Positions 61,037 to 64,000 of a stretch of DNA of 64,000 nt are shown piece after piece (the stretch's first letter is position 1; each line of letters begins with the position of its first letter). A program made the translations under genes and the position numbers. Source of the stretch: Candidatus Eiseniibacteriota bacterium (GTDB lineage: Bacteria > Eisenbacteria > RBG-16-71-46 > CAIMUX01); NCBI GenBank assembly GCA_963833505.1, contig CAWHYG010000007.1, positions 402,996-466,995 of the forward strand, given 5' to 3'. The notes beneath the pieces were generated by a model, which saw only the letters and a program-made list of their open reading frames with translations, was not told the DNA's origin and ran no database searches.

Positions 61037-63285
61037 ATGGAATCGTCCCAATTCACGCGAGAGACCGTCGATCTGAGGTCCTACCTGCAGCTCTTCTGGA
61101 GACGCAAGTGGGTCATCCTCGTTCCCGGACTCTTCGCGGCCGTGACCGCCGCGGTCGTGACCACGCCGAAGATCATGAAGCCGGTCTACGAGTCCTCCAG
61201 CACGCTCATGATCGAGTTTCCCCAGCCGCTGGCCAGGGACCTGGCCTCGCTCGTGGACAACCCCTCCATCGATGAGCAGCTGTCGCGCCTGGAAACCCAG
61301 ATCCAGAGCGACGAATTCCTGAAGAAGATCATCGCCAACACCGGGATGCGGAACGACGCCTCGATTCGGACCTGGGTGGGGAAGAACCGCGCCCGGTACC
61401 CGGACCTCAGCGCGGACGAACTGACCGACCTCAAGCTGATCGAGTATCTCCGCCACATCATCCGGATGAGCCCGGGGGGGAGAAAGGCCGGTCGGCCGGC
61501 AACGTCATCGAGGTGGCGGTGATGGATTACTATCCCAGCCGCGCCCGCGCTCTGGTGCAGAACATCACCGACGGGATCATCGAAGCCAATCGCAGCGAGG
61601 AGCTGAGCCAGGTCAAGTCCACGGGCGACTTCAGCGCGACCCAGCTGCAGGAGTATCAGGCCAAGCTCCAGGACGCCGAGAATCGGCTGAAGGGGTTCCG
61701 GGACACGGCGGCGCGGACGCAGGTCGAGCCCAGCGCCGTCACCGATCAGAACGCGCAGGCGGCCCGCGATCTGCGCCAGACGGCGAAGTCCGATGCCGAG
61801 GCCGAAGCGACGGCGGTCGGTTCGGCCGAGCAGGTGCTGCAGGCCCAGGGCGTGCAGCCCGCCGGGCTGGCCTCCGTTCTCGCCGCGCCCGGGCCGGCAA
61901 CGCTCGAGGCGGAGGCGAAGCAGCTCGAAGCCGACTACGCGCGGGCGACGCTGATCGAAGGCAGCGCGTCCGGCGCAGGTTCGCAGGGGCTGGCCATCCG
62001 GTTGGCCCGGCAGGTGGATTCGATCGGCGTCGCGGTCAACGCCGAGCTGGGGAAGCGCGACCTTTCGCCCGCGGCCGGGCCGGCCGCTCTCGAGTACCTG
62101 CTCGCGATCACGCGAAGGGATCTGGCCCAGGCCCGTCTGGACACCTACGACGCCCAGCTCGCCAACTACACGGATCGGGCCCAGGCGACCGGTCCACAGG
62201 ACGATCTGACCTACCAGCGCCTGGAGCAGGAGGTCCAAACCTATCGCGACCTCGAGAGCGCCTTCATCAGCCAGCTCACGTCGTCCCAGATCTCCGAGGC
62301 TTTCGGATCCAGCAAGGTCGGCGAGAAGATCACCGTCCTCGAGCCGGCGCAGCATCCGTTCAAGCCGGTCCGCCCGAAGCGGATGCAGATCGTCATCCTC
62401 TCGATCGTGGCCGGGTTGGCCGTGGGCATGACCGGAGCCATCTTCCTGGAGCAGCACGATCCGTCGTTCCACGACGTGCGCGACATCGAGCGGAACCTCA
62501 ATCTTCCCGTCCTCGGGACGATGCCGGGCATGGGCCGGATCGGACGCCTGAGCGAATCGGTGCGCCGCGGAGAGTCCCGGCTTCGGGCGGCGCAGGCCGA
62601 ACGGGCCATCCAGGAGTACTTCGCCGGCTCTCCCGGTTATCAGGAGTTCAGGAAGCTGGTGCTGCGGCTGGTCCAGATGAACGGGCAGGAGGCCCGCACG
62701 ATCCTGGTGACCAGCGCGCGGCGCGGCGAAGGGAAATCCACGACCGCCTCGTGCCTGGCGCTGGCCCTGGCCCGCGAGCTTCCGCGGGAGCGGGTCATCC
62801 TGGCCGATCTGGACACGCGGAAACCGATCCTGGCGCCGTTTTTCGGGATCGATCGCGACGAGGTCGACGGAATCGTCGCGCCTCTGGAACAGCGGTGGGA
62901 CGGAGACGGACTGGCCGACCTGCCCGTTCCGAACCTGCGCCTGTTCGCAGCTTTGAAGCGGGAAGGCCCGTCGGATGACATCGTGACGGTCGAAAGCGCG
63001 CGATGGCTGCTGGAAAACCTGCGGGCGCGGGCGGACCGGGTGATCATCGATTCACCGCCCAACCTGCCGGTGCCGGACGCGCTCATCCTGGGCCAGTACG
63101 TGGACGGCGTCATCATGGTCGTGGCCGCCGGGACGACCCCCCGCGAAACGGTCCGCCGGAGCGTCGAGCTTCAGCGGCACTTCCGCGAGAACATCTTCGG
63201 GCTGGTCCTGAACAACCGCCTCGAGGTTCTCCCGTACTACTACCACCCGAGCCATTACGGATATGGATACGCGAAACGCGGCTGA
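61037..63285 (+). pseudogene. Wzc/GumC-like polysaccharide co-polymerase with a C-terminal BY-kinase domain, split into two ORFs by a frameshift at a G7 homopolymer (61474-61480)
   Basis: ORF 61037-61522 gives the Wzz N-terminus, and ORF 61513-63285 gives the coiled-coil part plus the ATPase (Walker A GEGKST, C-terminal Tyr cluster YYYHPSHYGYGY). Reading the G-run as one G longer joins ...RMSPGGEKGRSAGNVIEVAVMDYYPS... into a continuous Wzc-like sequence. Confidence 0.7.
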
Positions 63286-64000
63286 AACCTGGCCCCGAAG
63301 GGACCTCGGGCCCGGCCGGCCGGCGCTGCCGGGAACGGCGGAGCGCGCCCTCCTCATCGGGTCGGCCGTCCTGACCCTGGCGTTTGTGGCGGTCGCCTAC
63401 GCGCACACCGCCCACAGCCTGGCGCGCGCCTGGATCCACAACTCGAACTACTCGCACGGATTCCTCATCCTGCCGATCGCGCTCTTTCTCGTCTGGAACC
63501 AGAGGAAGTCGCTCGGCCGGATCGAATCGGCGCCTTCCTGGGGCGGCTTCGTTTTTCTTGTACCCGGCATCCTCCTGCAGATCGTCGGAATCCGCGGAGA
63601 GGTGACGATGTTCCAGGCCTACTCGCTCATCCTGGTGCTGGCCGGGCTGGTCTGGACGTGGTTCGGCCCCCGCATCCTCCGCGCGGTCGCGTTTCCGCTC
63701 GTCTTCCTCGTCTTCGCGGCCCCGACCTTTCCGGTGTTCATGAACCAGATCAGTTTCCGGTTGAAGACGGTGGCCGCCGTCGGTTCGGTCAACGCCGCCC
63801 GCGCGCTCGGCGTGACCGTGAGCCGGCAGGGGATGGATCTGTTGTTCCCGAACGGCAGCATGACGATCGAGGGAGCGTGCAGCGGGCTCAATTCGCTCAT
63901 CGCGCTGATGGCTCTGGGGGCGCTTTTCGTGCATCTCGGGCGTGGACCGCTCTGGCGGCGCTTGATCCTCTTCGTGCTCTCCGTGCCGGTGGCGCTGGCC
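63263..64000 (+). CDS. exosortase (XrtA/EpsH family), partial at the window end
   Basis: My own translation from the ATG at 63263 reads MDTRNAAETW...WIHNSNYSHGFLILPIALFLVWNQRK...MTIEGACSGLNSLIALMALGA. The exosortase hallmarks are the YSHG and CSG motifs and a polytopic membrane profile. The ORF has no stop before 64000. Confidence 0.75.
   Translation, partial: MDTRNAAETWPRRDLGPGRPALPGTAERALLIGSAVLTLAFVAVAYAHTAHSLARAWIHNSNYSHGFLILPIALFLVWNQRKSLGRIESAPSWGGFVFLVPGILLQIVGIRGEVTMFQAYSLILVLAGLVWTWFGPRILRAVAFPLVFLVFAAPTFPVFMNQISFRLKTVAAVGSVNAARALGVTVSRQGMDLLFPNGSMTIEGACSGLNSLIALMALGALFVHLGRGPLWRRLILFVLSVPVALA

Overview
This is a 64 kb window of very GC-rich (about 70%) bacterial chromosome, densely coding on both strands. 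High-GC artefact ORFs overlap the real genes almost everywhere. I support about 45 genes from the sequence. I could not reliably scan for tRNA or rRNA by eye and saw no CRISPR array.

Main content, in order along the window:
- **Window start:** a partial IS transposase N-terminus (zinc-ribbon plus HTH, ISL3-like) on the minus strand.
- **Surface-protein island (0.6 to 10 kb and 22 to 31 kb):** two similar modules. Each pairs a large kinase-NTPase-TPR Ser/Thr kinase (PknK-like) with secreted proteins that end in a T9SS-type C-terminal sorting domain. These are a beta-helix protein, two FG-GAP/VCBS repeat proteins and a beta-propeller protein. The second module also carries a GAF-containing sigma-54 activator, a lipoprotein, an orphan PilT and a DUF4388 protein.
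- **Housekeeping block (10 to 21 kb):** ClpP, dCMP deaminase, TrmB, Mrp/ApbC, malic enzyme MaeB, TyrA, a site-2 protease, a polytopic membrane protein and a GT4 glycosyltransferase.
- **33 to 50 kb:**
  - HisS.
  - An operon of an outer-membrane beta-barrel protein, a SpoIVB-like S55 serine peptidase (frame-shifted) and a secreted beta-propeller/Ig protein.
  - ProS, a CheX-CheY pair and a LysM lytic transglycosylase.
  - A GldA/GldF/GldG-like ABC system with a DUF4340 protein.
- **49.7 to 50.25 kb:** a lower-GC islet with a small HTH-like protein carrying a Thr/Arg-rich tail, followed by a strong terminator.
- **50 to 55 kb:** CutA, a DUF62 SAM hydroxide adenosyltransferase, CvpA, an AI-2E transporter, a macro-domain protein and a Yip1 membrane protein.
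- **55 to 57 kb:** a group II intron with an RT/maturase ORF that lacks an endonuclease domain, followed by a 170 bp tandem hexamer/36-nt repeat and an AT-rich promoter island.
- **57 to 64 kb:** a polysaccharide export locus. It holds a CapD-like/sugar-transferase fusion, Wza, a Wzc-like BY-kinase interrupted at a G7 homopolymer, and an exosortase that is partial at the window end.

The findings I rate highest are:
- the duplicated kinase/sigma-54/T9SS-cargo modules with shared TGACACC operator-like motifs;
- the extracytoplasmic SpoIVB-like peptidase operon;
- T9SS-type and exosortase-type sorting occurring together;
- the G7 frameshift in the Wzc-like gene;
- the group II intron with its adjacent repeat.
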